A stretch of DNA of 64,000 bases from Candidatus Cloacimonadales bacterium (GTDB taxonomy: Bacteria; Cloacimonadota; Cloacimonadia; Cloacimonadales; DAONDQ01). This document shows positions 47,596 to 57,111 of this stretch, in pieces. The stretch spans positions 1,952,001 to 2,016,000 of the forward strand of contig OY759316.1 of NCBI GenBank assembly GCA_963662275.1, read 5' to 3'. The notes beneath the pieces are model-generated. The model had not been told where the DNA came from. It ran no database searches and saw only the letters and a program-made list of their open reading frames with translations. The position numbers were made by a program, and so were the translations under genes. Numbering within the stretch: position 1 is the stretch's first letter; each line of letters opens with the position of its first letter.

Positions 47596-49916
47596 TAAAA
47601 ACAGCAATCCTCATATTTGGGTTCAGTATAATAACCGGTATCTTTATCATATTGTGGTGAGAGAGTATATTGATCTATAATCTGTAAATCCGATTCTGAA
47701 TCTTGCTTACCTGATTTTGTATGAACAAGAACAATATACTGGCTCATTTCTGACCAAATCAGTTTCAGTTTTCTCTTCTTTTCAAACCTATCGAGAATAT
47801 CATTTCTCTTCAGATCATAATATCTTTGAAGAATACTGGATGCTTCATCATCAAATTCAATAAACACTGGCACCTTGGGCAATTCTTTAATCAGTTCAAA
47901 CGCATATTGGTTTTTACCAGTGCCTAAATGAAAAGCCTGATGATATTGCAGTTTCTCGATAAACTTAATTAATTCCTTTGAATCCTGATTATTCTTTCTT
48001 TCCATCAAAGTAGAATAGTATTGATGTGATAGCTCATAAAAAGAGGATTCCCGAATTACTTCTTCAATGGGAACAATCTTCTTTGTACAATCAATTAAGA
48101 CTGTATCATAGATATAACTCCAATAGTATTTGTTCTTATCATCGTGCAATTCCCACAATTCAACGATACCATTGCTCGACATTTCGTTTCTTTTACATCT
48201 GCCGGCAGCTTGAAAGATCGCATCCAAAGGAGCCATATCACGATAGACGATATCTAAATCAATATCAACACCAGCTTCCACAAGCTGAGTTGAAACAACG
48301 ATCTTACCTTTGTTTGATTCTTTTATTTCCCTGATTCTTTCCAGTCTGTGTTTTGGAATGATATTCGTCGATAAATAGACCAAATCAGCTTGAGGAATTT
48401 GTTCATTAATTGCATGATAGACATGTAGTGATGATTTAATTGTATTTAGGATGATAAGCCTGCTTTTATCAGGTTCAGCTTTAATCTGATCAACCAGGAA
48501 TTTAATGAAACTATCTATGCTTGATGGATTCTTCCTAATTAAGGAAATCCGATTCATCTCATGGAAATACTCTTTTTTATGAGTTGCCAACTCTGTAATT
48601 TCATTCTTTTCCTCTGAAAAAATCAACGGCATGGTTGCAGTACAGAGAATGAAATGAATATCAAGCATCTCAGCCATTTTAGTGAATTGTGTATTTATCA
48701 AAGCCCAATATTTGAAATCAATTGTCTGAACTTCATCCAGGATTATTATGGAATGAGCCAAAGTAAACATTCGTTTCAGCATGGAGTTCTGATTGGTAAA
48801 GATACAATATAGCAACTGGTAAAAAGTAGTAATGATCATTTCACTTTGCCAGGTTTCAATAGGAAATAGCATATCGTTACCTGCATCATCTTCATCAATC
48901 ATATCTCTCAAGCTATTATGATGATGTATGAGGAGATTCCCAAGGTTCTGATCAATATTATTTTCTTCCAGTATCTTCTTCATAACATCAGCATTCTGAT
49001 CAATAATGGAAGTAAATGGCAAAGCATAGATAATTCTCTTCTTTTGTTTATACCTGTCACGTAAAATCATAGCCGCTTGCAAAGCTGTAAGGGTCTTACC
49101 GCTACCAGTTGGTAAATTGATGGAGAGAATCCTTGAACCGCTCTTAGTCACAGAGTTGATAACATCCAAATATACTCTTTCACGGAGTTCATTGATTCTT
49201 GCAGATTGAGTCAGACTCTTTTTGAATTCCGGTATGAATTCTTTGTTCCATTGAATCTCCACATGATCATCATCCGTTCTCATATAAATAGCAGAATTCT
49301 TATCTGCATAAATCAGGATTGAGAAAAGATAATTTAATACTTGAAAGTCATTCGGTTGAATCATCTGCTTCCATTTAATCAAAGAAATTCCTGAAAAACT
49401 GCTATCCTTGAATTGAAGCTTCTCTTCCAGATTAGCGGCTGTAAAGTATTCAGGTGAAATCAATAATCTGAAAATAGGTTCAAGTGAAATGTAATCAATG
49501 TTTTGGTTAATTTCACTTAGCTGATGCATTTCTAAATATCGAACACCAATTTCATTGAAATCAATTAAATCCTTATGATGGGATTTGACGATGATATATC
49601 CATAATATGCTTGAATATCACTTACTTTCAAAATATCCCGTAGATAATGGAAAACCAATAAGGCACTCAGTTCAGCATGGTTTTTTAATTCTGTATTATG
49701 CTTATCCGGCTCACGTATGTATCTTTGAAAGAAGATAGAGGCTTTTCCGAAATCATGCAGTAACAGTGCTGCTTCCAAGATTGGACGATATTCAGGGAAT
49801 AATCCATTCTGATCAAATATGTTCAATCCAGTTTGTTGAACTGTTATTAAGTGATCACAAAGTAACACTTCAGGATGAGAAAGCAACTTATAACCAGCAG
49901 ATTTTATCTGTTCCAT
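47595..49916 (-). CDS. cas3: Cas3 HD nuclease-helicase
   Basis: H...LHDFGK, PTGSGKT, LDEVQ, TAT, STQLVEAGVD, QAAGRC.R. Confidence 0.95.
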   Translation of the reverse strand: MEQIKSAGYKLLSHPEVLLCDHLITVQQTGLNIFDQNGLFPEYRPILEAALLLHDFGKASIFFQRYIREPDKHNTELKNHAELSALLVFHYLRDILKVSDIQAYYGYIIVKSHHKDLIDFNEIGVRYLEMHQLSEINQNIDYISLEPIFRLLISPEYFTAANLEEKLQFKDSSFSGISLIKWKQMIQPNDFQVLNYLFSILIYADKNSAIYMRTDDDHVEIQWNKEFIPEFKKSLTQSARINELRERVYLDVINSVTKSGSRILSINLPTGSGKTLTALQAAMILRDRYKQKKRIIYALPFTSIIDQNADVMKKILEENNIDQNLGNLLIHHHNSLRDMIDEDDAGNDMLFPIETWQSEMIITTFYQLLYCIFTNQNSMLKRMFTLAHSIIILDEVQTIDFKYWALINTQFTKMAEMLDIHFILCTATMPLIFSEEKNEITELATHKKEYFHEMNRISLIRKNPSSIDSFIKFLVDQIKAEPDKSRLIILNTIKSSLHVYHAINEQIPQADLVYLSTNIIPKHRLERIREIKESNKGKIVVSTQLVEAGVDIDLDIVYRDMAPLDAIFQAAGRCKRNEMSSNGIVELWELHDDKNKYYWSYIYDTVLIDCTKKIVPIEEVIRESSFYELSHQYYSTLMERKNNQDSKELIKFIEKLQYHQAFHLGTGKNQYAFELIKELPKVPVFIEFDDEASSILQRYYDLKRNDILDRFEKKRKLKLIWSEMSQYIVLVHTKSGKQDSESDLQIIDQYTLSPQYDKDTGYYTEPKYEDCCF

Positions 49917-50598
49917 CTTCTGCAATCCAATATTCTTTTGGAATTACTTTCATCTTCTTTCCTGAGCTTTCAAAGATGTATTGCTCATATTGGAAGGTTT
50001 CCCTGTCATTTTTCATTGCTCTGGGTAGTAATGTCCTGAATATTTGAATATTACTCCCAAAATCAATATCAATCACGTCATTATCTTTGATTGCTGTTTT
50101 GATAAAATGCCATTCCTTATTCTCTGAAACCGATGAATATTCAATTTCTTTTATGTAGGAAAAATTAGCAAGACAGTTACTGATTCCGAGGCATATCGTA
50201 TATTGGCTTTTATGTTCTTTCAAATGAGATAAAAGCTTCTGATATATGCCATCATCATTATGTGAAAAATAAATTCGATATTTTGGACATTTCAGATATT
50301 CCACATGGGTAGGTTTATGCTCTTTAAAACGTGAGAACTGAGACATACCTCCACTTGTTTTTAGATTATTGACGGGTATCTTCACATTCCTGCTTTGCTG
50401 TAATATCTGAATGCCAATATATGAAATTTCGGGAGAGAATTTCTCAGGGTTCTCTGCTTTATCAATGCCGATGATACCTCCTATGATTCCGGCAATAACT
50501 GTCCTGGGAGGTATCTGATAGGTAAGTGGTGACATATTGGTATAGAATTTCCTAAACTGGGCATAATCTGCCCATATATCAAATTCGAGTACCTTCAT
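49888..50598 (-). CDS. cas5: Cas5 (type I-B)
   Basis: YAQFRKFYTN.SPLTY.IPPRT..GI.G.I.G and LG...C motifs. Confidence 0.92.
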   Translation of the reverse strand: MKVLEFDIWADYAQFRKFYTNMSPLTYQIPPRTVIAGIIGGIIGIDKAENPEKFSPEISYIGIQILQQSRNVKIPVNNLKTSGGMSQFSRFKEHKPTHVEYLKCPKYRIYFSHNDDGIYQKLLSHLKEHKSQYTICLGISNCLANFSYIKEIEYSSVSENKEWHFIKTAIKDNDVIDIDFGSNIQIFRTLLPRAMKNDRETFQYEQYIFESSGKKMKVIPKEYWIAEDGTDKICWL

Positions 50599-50619
50599 CT
50601 TAGCCTCAATGTTTAATAA

Positions 50620-51549
50620 TTATAGTATCCATTCCTTATTCAGATTTTTTACAGAATCCAAACCAATGTATTTTAATCTGGAATCAGCAATGATACGAAC
50701 ATCTTGTATATGATCCTGGTTTTTGATAAGCACTTTTCCTAATTCAGATAAATTAAGTATTACTTCTCCGATATCTCTCAATTGCTCATCAGAGATTGTT
50801 TTATCCAAAGACACATATTTATCCAATTCACCAATAAAGAATGATGGATCTTTGTAGGTAACTACCAAAAGCAATCTTGGCTGATGTTCCATTTTAGAAC
50901 GTGTGATCAAATTCTTGGTTCCATACCACATACTCTTGTACAGCAACTTTACATCAGCTTCAGTCAATTTAGTTTTCTCTGCAGCATTCTCATTAACAAC
51001 ACCATAAAAAGCAATGAGAGAATAAGGAAGGATATGCTCTTCACGGAATGTCTTATTTTCTTTTCCAGCCTGTGATGCAAAAGCTCCAGTACCCTTAATA
51101 AACATTGGCTTTACTTTATGAAGTGAATGACCCATTTTGAATTGCACTGGACCAGTAAATGTTAGAGAGTCCTTTTCTATTGGGAGTACACCTCCAAATA
51201 AACGTATATCTATACAGGAATTTAAAACATTATCTGCATCATTACTAAAGCAACCGGTTCTTTGCTTTCCATCCATAATACCAAGTTTCCCATTTTCTTT
51301 TGCCTTCTTAGCAGGATCAGGCAAAGCTTCCATTTCTCGGACAAAAATGTCTTTCTCTTTTGTATTGTGTCCTTCAAAATTGAACAAATAATCACGTATA
51401 GTTCTTTTCAGACGAACATCGGTTACAATATTAATACCCGTTTCGTTATCAATTCGTGGCATATTTCCATCAGCAGGATCACCATTGGGATTGGCATTAG
51501 TGACATCATACAGAAAGAGGATTTCACTGCGATTGAGAGACATCTTCAT
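50620..51549 (-). CDS. cas7: Cas7 (Csh2-type, type I-B)
   Basis: NPNGDP..N.PR, VTDVRLKRTIRD, DIRLFG, TGPVQF, TRSK. Confidence 0.93.
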   Translation of the reverse strand: MKMSLNRSEILFLYDVTNANPNGDPADGNMPRIDNETGINIVTDVRLKRTIRDYLFNFEGHNTKEKDIFVREMEALPDPAKKAKENGKLGIMDGKQRTGCFSNDADNVLNSCIDIRLFGGVLPIEKDSLTFTGPVQFKMGHSLHKVKPMFIKGTGAFASQAGKENKTFREEHILPYSLIAFYGVVNENAAEKTKLTEADVKLLYKSMWYGTKNLITRSKMEHQPRLLLVVTYKDPSFFIGELDKYVSLDKTISDEQLRDIGEVILNLSELGKVLIKNQDHIQDVRIIADSRLKYIGLDSVKNLNKEWIL

Positions 51550-52142
51550 TCTCCTTTTTTTCTTTGAATTGTTTATTAAGTGTCATACCGAGAGTAAAAT
51601 TAAAGCTAATATCATCATTAGGCATCTTACTGAAATCAGACTCAATAAACAATGACGCGATATTGCTTTCCAAATCTCGATAGTAATTCTTATCATACTG
51701 ATTCAATTTTTCTACTATTTCAGTATAAAGCCTTTGTACCATTTGCGGATTTAACTTCATATTGTTCAGCTTTGAACGAAATGGAGTAGAATCTGTTTGT
51801 TGCTTTGTGATATCCATCAGGTGTTGGCATAACATAATAAGCATTTCCCATCATAGACATGATTGGATATGCTGTTGAACAAGCTCAAGTAGCAGGGTGA
51901 TTTTGAATATGTATTTGGAAATTGCTTTTTGAAGATTTCTTGGGTTGAATTGGATTTTTACAATTTTAGCAGAGTCTTTTCCAATGGAAGAGATGATTTT
52001 CTTTTCAGAAGTTATCAAATCACTTTGAGATCAGACTTTTTGTGTATGGGCTGATATTGTTTTCAAGTATTTTAGCAAATTGCCTGTAATATTTCGGTTG
52101 TTTCTATAATTTAGGCAAGACAATCCCGTCGGTAAAATTAAC

Positions 52143-53285
52143 TTACAGTTTACCGCCATCAAAGCAATTTGCCAAAAACAACAGCGACCAAGGCGGTGAT
52201 CTTGGTTTTCCGGTAATTGAAGCATGCTGTGTCATCTTTGATTTGCAATTAGGGCAGAGGTCTTTTTCAAATTTGGGAATTACAAAAGTTTTAGCTGTCT
52301 GATTCTTGTCATTAGAATCGGACTTTGCTGGGAAAAAGCTGTTGACCATCTCCCAGACAGATTTTGCCGCCGGACTGAGAAATCCGTAGTATCTGATTTT
52401 CTGAAATCCCTGCGGCAGAACATGCATCAGGAACTTATTGATAAACTCCACGGAGTCGACGCTTTTAAAGGCGAATTTAGCTGAACCTGCCGGCTTGTAT
52501 TTAAAGGTTACCAGCCCGTCCTTTTCCCAAAGGATGCGATTGTTGGTGATGGCGGTCCGATACACATAATTGGCCAAATAAGTCAGAGCCTCCCGACCTT
52601 TTCCGACGGGTCGGGAGTCTGTGACAAACTCTTTTTGCTGCCAGACTAGCGGGGATATCCGACCAAACAGATGCTGATTTTCCAGTCGAAGCAAATCACG
52701 GAATTTTGCCCGGTAAATCACCGAAAGAGCTTTGACCGGAATCAGGAACTTATTGCCTGCTTTTTGCCATTCCTTTCGTTCTTTATTCCAAGCTCCGCCG
52801 GGGACTATATAATGAATATGAGGATGATATTCAAGCTGCCTTGTCCAGGTATGAAGTACCCCGGTAAAGCCTGAAACGCCACCGGCATATTTGGGATCTG
52901 AAAGCAATGTCTTTAAGGCTTCAGATGATGCTTTGAACTGAAGATCATAAAGCAGTTTCTGATTTGACAGGCATGTTTTGTGCAGTTCCCGGGGTATGGT
53001 GAAAGTTACCATGAAGTACTTAACCGGCAGCAGTTTGGCAAGCTGCTTTTCCAGCCATTTCGCTGAATCATTACGGCCACACTTCGGGCAGTGACGGTTT
53101 TTGCAGGAATGATAGGAATAATGCAGTTCCGCACATTCCTGGCATAAATAGACTTCTCCGCCCAGTTCAGGTGTCCGGCAAAGGAGAATATCTCTGATCG
53201 CTCTTAAATGGCTTTCCGGTGACTGGTTTCCATATTTTTCCAGATACTCGGACAGGTTGTTTTTGAGAATCCTGCTAAAATCCAT
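52143..53285 (-). CDS. IS91-family Y2 transposase (copy 2)
   Basis: Same translation as 19306-20448. Confidence 0.92.
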   Translation of the reverse strand: MDFSRILKNNLSEYLEKYGNQSPESHLRAIRDILLCRTPELGGEVYLCQECAELHYSYHSCKNRHCPKCGRNDSAKWLEKQLAKLLPVKYFMVTFTIPRELHKTCLSNQKLLYDLQFKASSEALKTLLSDPKYAGGVSGFTGVLHTWTRQLEYHPHIHYIVPGGAWNKERKEWQKAGNKFLIPVKALSVIYRAKFRDLLRLENQHLFGRISPLVWQQKEFVTDSRPVGKGREALTYLANYVYRTAITNNRILWEKDGLVTFKYKPAGSAKFAFKSVDSVEFINKFLMHVLPQGFQKIRYYGFLSPAAKSVWEMVNSFFPAKSDSNDKNQTAKTFVIPKFEKDLCPNCKSKMTQHASITGKPRSPPWSLLFLANCFDGGKL

Positions 53286-54158
53286 TTACATCTTATTCAT
53301 CAGTTCATTGATGATTTTACATGACTGCTCTCGGGAAACGTTAGTCAAATGCACGTATACCATGGTCGCTCTAAGACTTTCGTGCCCGAGCAAGTCTTTG
53401 ATGATGATGATACTGACACCTGCTTCCAATAAATGTGTGGCATAAGAATGTCTGAGTGTATGACAGGTTACATGCTTAGGGATGCGTGTCTCCTTTAAGG
53501 CTGACTTCAGAGCTGACCGAAGAGTTTGGACAGAAATCTGGTTCGAGGTTGTCATTCTGTTAATATCAGCCTGTCTGGTGCTTCTGCTCGGGAATAAAAG
53601 CTGTCTGTTCTGATGGGTTTTCCAATATTCCCGGAGTTCCTGATACAATTTTTCAGGCAGAGGTATTGACCTGTCTTTGTTGCCTTTGGATTGCCTTACC
53701 GTGATGGTCATCAATTCCCGGTTGATATCGGCTATTTTAATCTTGACTGCTTCCGAAATCCTTAATCCGCATTGATAGGTAAGAGTCAGTAAGAGTCGAT
53801 AATCATAAGTATGAATGCGGGAGATAAGCATTCTAACTTCGTCTGTGGTCAGAATCACAGGAAGTTTGTGCTCAATCTTTGCCTTAAAAAAGGTAAAATC
53901 CTCTTGCCTGAAACCAACAACATGGATGAAAAAAAATCTGATGCCATAATAGGCTGATTTTAAACTCTGAGGACTATAATTCTTGACGTTATGCAGGTAG
54001 ACAAAATATGTTCTTACCTGTTCAATAGATAGTGTGCCGGGGTCTTGACCATAATATGATGCTAAAGAAGTGACTTGTCTGATGTAATTGTATTTTGTCT
54101 CTCGGGACACGCCTCGAAGATCAAGGCACTCTAAAAAGCGAACTTCGTATGATTCCAT
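53286..54158 (-). CDS. Tyrosine recombinase (copy 2)
   Basis: Same translation as 18433-19305. Confidence 0.92.
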   Translation of the reverse strand: MESYEVRFLECLDLRGVSRETKYNYIRQVTSLASYYGQDPGTLSIEQVRTYFVYLHNVKNYSPQSLKSAYYGIRFFFIHVVGFRQEDFTFFKAKIEHKLPVILTTDEVRMLISRIHTYDYRLLLTLTYQCGLRISEAVKIKIADINRELMTITVRQSKGNKDRSIPLPEKLYQELREYWKTHQNRQLLFPSRSTRQADINRMTTSNQISVQTLRSALKSALKETRIPKHVTCHTLRHSYATHLLEAGVSIIIIKDLLGHESLRATMVYVHLTNVSREQSCKIINELMNKM

Positions 54159-55815
54159 ACTTACCTCCAGTTAATTTTGGGGGTAAGTATGCTTTTAGTG
54201 AGGGTTCAGTATATCAATAGTTTAAATGCATGAAACACGAGTTTACTGCGAACGGTACTGCTGCTTGCAGCTTCGTTCAACACTCCTGTTAAGAATACAG
54301 ATTTCTTAGCATTTGAATTAAAGTATGACGCATGTTCCTGGAAGAAGTCATTATATTTAGTATCCAAACTAACCTCCTGATCTTTGTTTGTTGGGAAATC
54401 TATACATTTTAATTCTTGCATAAAGAGAATGATTTGAAATGCTTTTAGCACAAGATGGTCGATGAATTCTCCTTTAGCAAATCTGGAAACGATCAATGAC
54501 ATGATTCTATGTGACAGATAATCATAATCATATTGCTTTTGCTGAAACGTACTTTGAACTATCTTAAGAAAAGCCTCAGTGTAATCACCTTCAATTCTGC
54601 TTTTAATCGGAAAGAAATCTTTTACAATTGAGTAGGTAAATTCAAGAGTTCCAGCTACTCCTTTTTCGTTAATGCCTTTAATATTCTTGAAAACAGAATG
54701 TTTTTCAGCTCGATCTTTTGCATTAAAAAGTGCTTTGAAGTGAGTTGGGAAAAGACCTTCAATCGATTCAAGAATAGAGAACTTAGCATTCTCTGCATCG
54801 AAAAAGAATATTGAATAATTTGCTCTGTTATTCAAATCTGACAAAAGATCAAAAACTTCATCTTCAATAGATGATACATTTACAATGTGTTTACGAGTCA
54901 TGTTCATCTGTCCAATTGATTTTCCGTTATCAGTGAAAAGCTCCAGAATTTGATTGTTAGCTTCCGATACTTTGAGAAACTCTGGTATAAGGTAATAATC
55001 AAGACCACAGAATTTATAATGAAGATAGCGATCATTGAACTGCTTTGCTCTTTCCAGCTTTAATGCACAATTCTCACAGACAGGATAGTTCTTCCAAGCT
55101 TCTTTGCGATTAAAACCGGATGCTAATGGAGCTAGTTCTGTTTTAGCTGTATAAAAATTATATGTGCTTACAAACCCCCAAACTTGAACAGAATCTCTAT
55201 GGCACAGACTACAGGTTTTATTATCTCCGATATAGACTTTATCTCCCAATGTGTAATAATCTTTGTTTCTATCTGTTATTGCTTGTTTTCGGATTTTATC
55301 GAAATCACCTGATTCTCCTATTGATTCATTGTTGATACGTATTGTAAGAATAAACAGGTCTTTCGTTTTTGAAAGGTGTTCATCAACCGATTTAGCTATA
55401 AAGCCAATATCACTCTGGATATAGTTGAAATAGGCTCTAATATCGGATCAATGCTGAGACAGTTTTTCCATATACGAAACCATTTACCTATTGCTTTAGT
55501 AGTTATCAACTGATCATCAGAATCATCAAGAAGGAAGTCTCTATCTGATACAAAGATAGTTGGGAAATCAGATACGCTGTTTGCTTGTGATCTTTTAAAA
55601 AACCACTTAGTTTGATTATCTTCTTTTTTATAATCATATAGATCAGAACCAGTAAATTGTATATTATCTTTCTCTATTTGGAAATTTAAGACAATCACCT
55701 TTTCTTTTCGATCTTCTAATTCCAATCCATAAGAATCATATTCTACTGAATCATTTGGTATAAATGGCTCAAGATTGATTAATTTCTGTATCATTCTTTC
55801 TCCTTCATCACAACA

Positions 55816-55957
55816 ACTCTTAACAAGCAGAACAGACAGTAAGCTCGGCATCTTACTCCACTCAGACAGCAGGAACGGCGTCCTGCTCTACGACACAAAA
55901 CAGTAAGATCGGCATCTTACTCCACGCAGACAGCAGGAACGGAGTCCTGCTCTACGA
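55816..55957. repeat. REP cluster (four alternating units) between cas6 and cas8b, flanked by a 16 bp direct repeat
   Basis: CTCCTTCATCACAACA at 55800-55815 and 55958-55973. Confidence 0.8.
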
Positions 55958-56614
55958 CTCCTTCATCACAACACCGAACCCTCTAGCGCTTTGTTTTCCC
56001 AGACCAACAAAGTCAGGCAGGTCGAAGTTCATGACAAATTTCCCTTTAAAACCGAGCATTTTCTGATTTTTGAAATTCATCTGCGTTTCTTCAAAGAAGC
56101 CATCCACCTTTATTTGCTCAATATCAGGTATCTGATAGACAAAGCCTTTAGAGATGGTTTTCAGATTCTCTCTCAGTATGTGACGCAGGAACTTCTGACG
56201 TTCAATTGTATCTAATGATATATAGGTTTTGTGATTTTCTTCCTTCAGAGCCATCCAGGGGGACAGGAAAGAATACTTCTGATATGTTGATGTAGCACCA
56301 AAGTCATATTCGCCTAAAAATACTTCCCTATCATGGGCAGGATATATCGTCTGGTTGATTCTTATTTCATTTGTGCGAAAGAAGATGTCCTTGAGTATGT
56401 GAATGCCTTCATTCATCGCCATGAGAGCTGGATGGTTATCAATCATGCGATATTGTATGACCGGATATTTATAGGAAAACGTGTTATCGGGTAAGTGGTT
56501 ATGGAGTTGAGTATGCTCTGGAAATTGATGTGAGAACCAGCCGCGCAGCTTCGGTATATCCTGTGGCTGCAATTGAATATCCGTAAATTTCATGGTTAAG
56601 ATCGTTACTTTCAT
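55952..56614 (-). CDS. cas6: Cas6 endoribonuclease (Cas6b-like)
   Basis: LHNH, YPVIQY, F.SPW.AL and C-terminal GLGKQSARGFG loop. Confidence 0.92.
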   Translation of the reverse strand: MKVTILTMKFTDIQLQPQDIPKLRGWFSHQFPEHTQLHNHLPDNTFSYKYPVIQYRMIDNHPALMAMNEGIHILKDIFFRTNEIRINQTIYPAHDREVFLGEYDFGATSTYQKYSFLSPWMALKEENHKTYISLDTIERQKFLRHILRENLKTISKGFVYQIPDIEQIKVDGFFEETQMNFKNQKMLGFKGKFVMNFDLPDFVGLGKQSARGFGVVMKES

Positions 56615-56906
56615 CAGAACACCTTTCCTCTACATCAATATAGATGTTATTATGTTTGGTGATACTACCAAGATGAAGTTACACTTAATATTTACAGAAT
56701 ATCTAAAGGAAATTTAAATGTTTGTTGTCAATTGAAAAATTCAATTATTAGGTGTCCTTTCCAGTTTCTCACGATACTGTGTATGATACGTCATCTCTCC
56801 GAGATTCAGAGGGAAGCATGTCTGGGTTCATTTCACCGGATTAAAATCCAGTGTTAATATCTTTCTTCCCTCTGGGAATTTGGTTAAATGTAGACTTACT
56901 TTACTA

Positions 56907-57106
56907 CCGCGTAAATGCGGAGCTACTATAAGAATGATCGGCATCCTACTCTACAACCGCGTAAATGCGGAGCTACTCATAAGAATGAACGTCGTCCTAC
57001 TCTTCAACCGAGTAAATGCGGAGCTACTCATAAGAATGAACGTCGTCCAATTCTTCAACCGCGTAAATGCGGAGCTACTATAAGAATGAACGACGTCCTA
57101 CTCAAC
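56907..57106. repeat. Four tandem units of about 50 bp
   Basis: CCGCGTAAATGCGGAGCTACT(C)ATAAGAATGAACGTCGTCCTACTC..CAA; the second half resembles a decayed GTAG REP. Confidence 0.8.
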
Positions 57107-57111
57107 TTCTT

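Larger units (their letters stand above)
51831..54282 (-). mobile_element. Tyrosine recombinase plus IS91-type Y2 transposase element, copy 2, inside cas8b
   Basis: Both proteins are identical to those of copy 1. Empty site GGAG-TGTT-ATGCC restores the cas8b frame. Confidence 0.93.
51524..55794 (-). pseudogene. cas8b: Cas8b (TM1802/Csh1-like), broken by a 1-bp frameshift and by the YR-Y2 element
   Basis: Start MIQKL at 55794; frameshift near 55428-55430; CSLC...YPVCENC; FLTGVL/CQHLMDI rejoins in frame across 51831-54282; ends F.FTLG. Confidence 0.88.

Noticed and set aside
54206..54278. C-terminus NEAASSSTVRSKL... of the 347 aa ORF
   Set aside because: Read-through into the element; the true cas8b continuation is at 51830 and below.
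55795..55951. CreTA-like RNA toxin-antitoxin between cas6 and cas8b
   Set aside because: No degenerate CRISPR repeat seen; the interval is explained by REP units plus a duplication.
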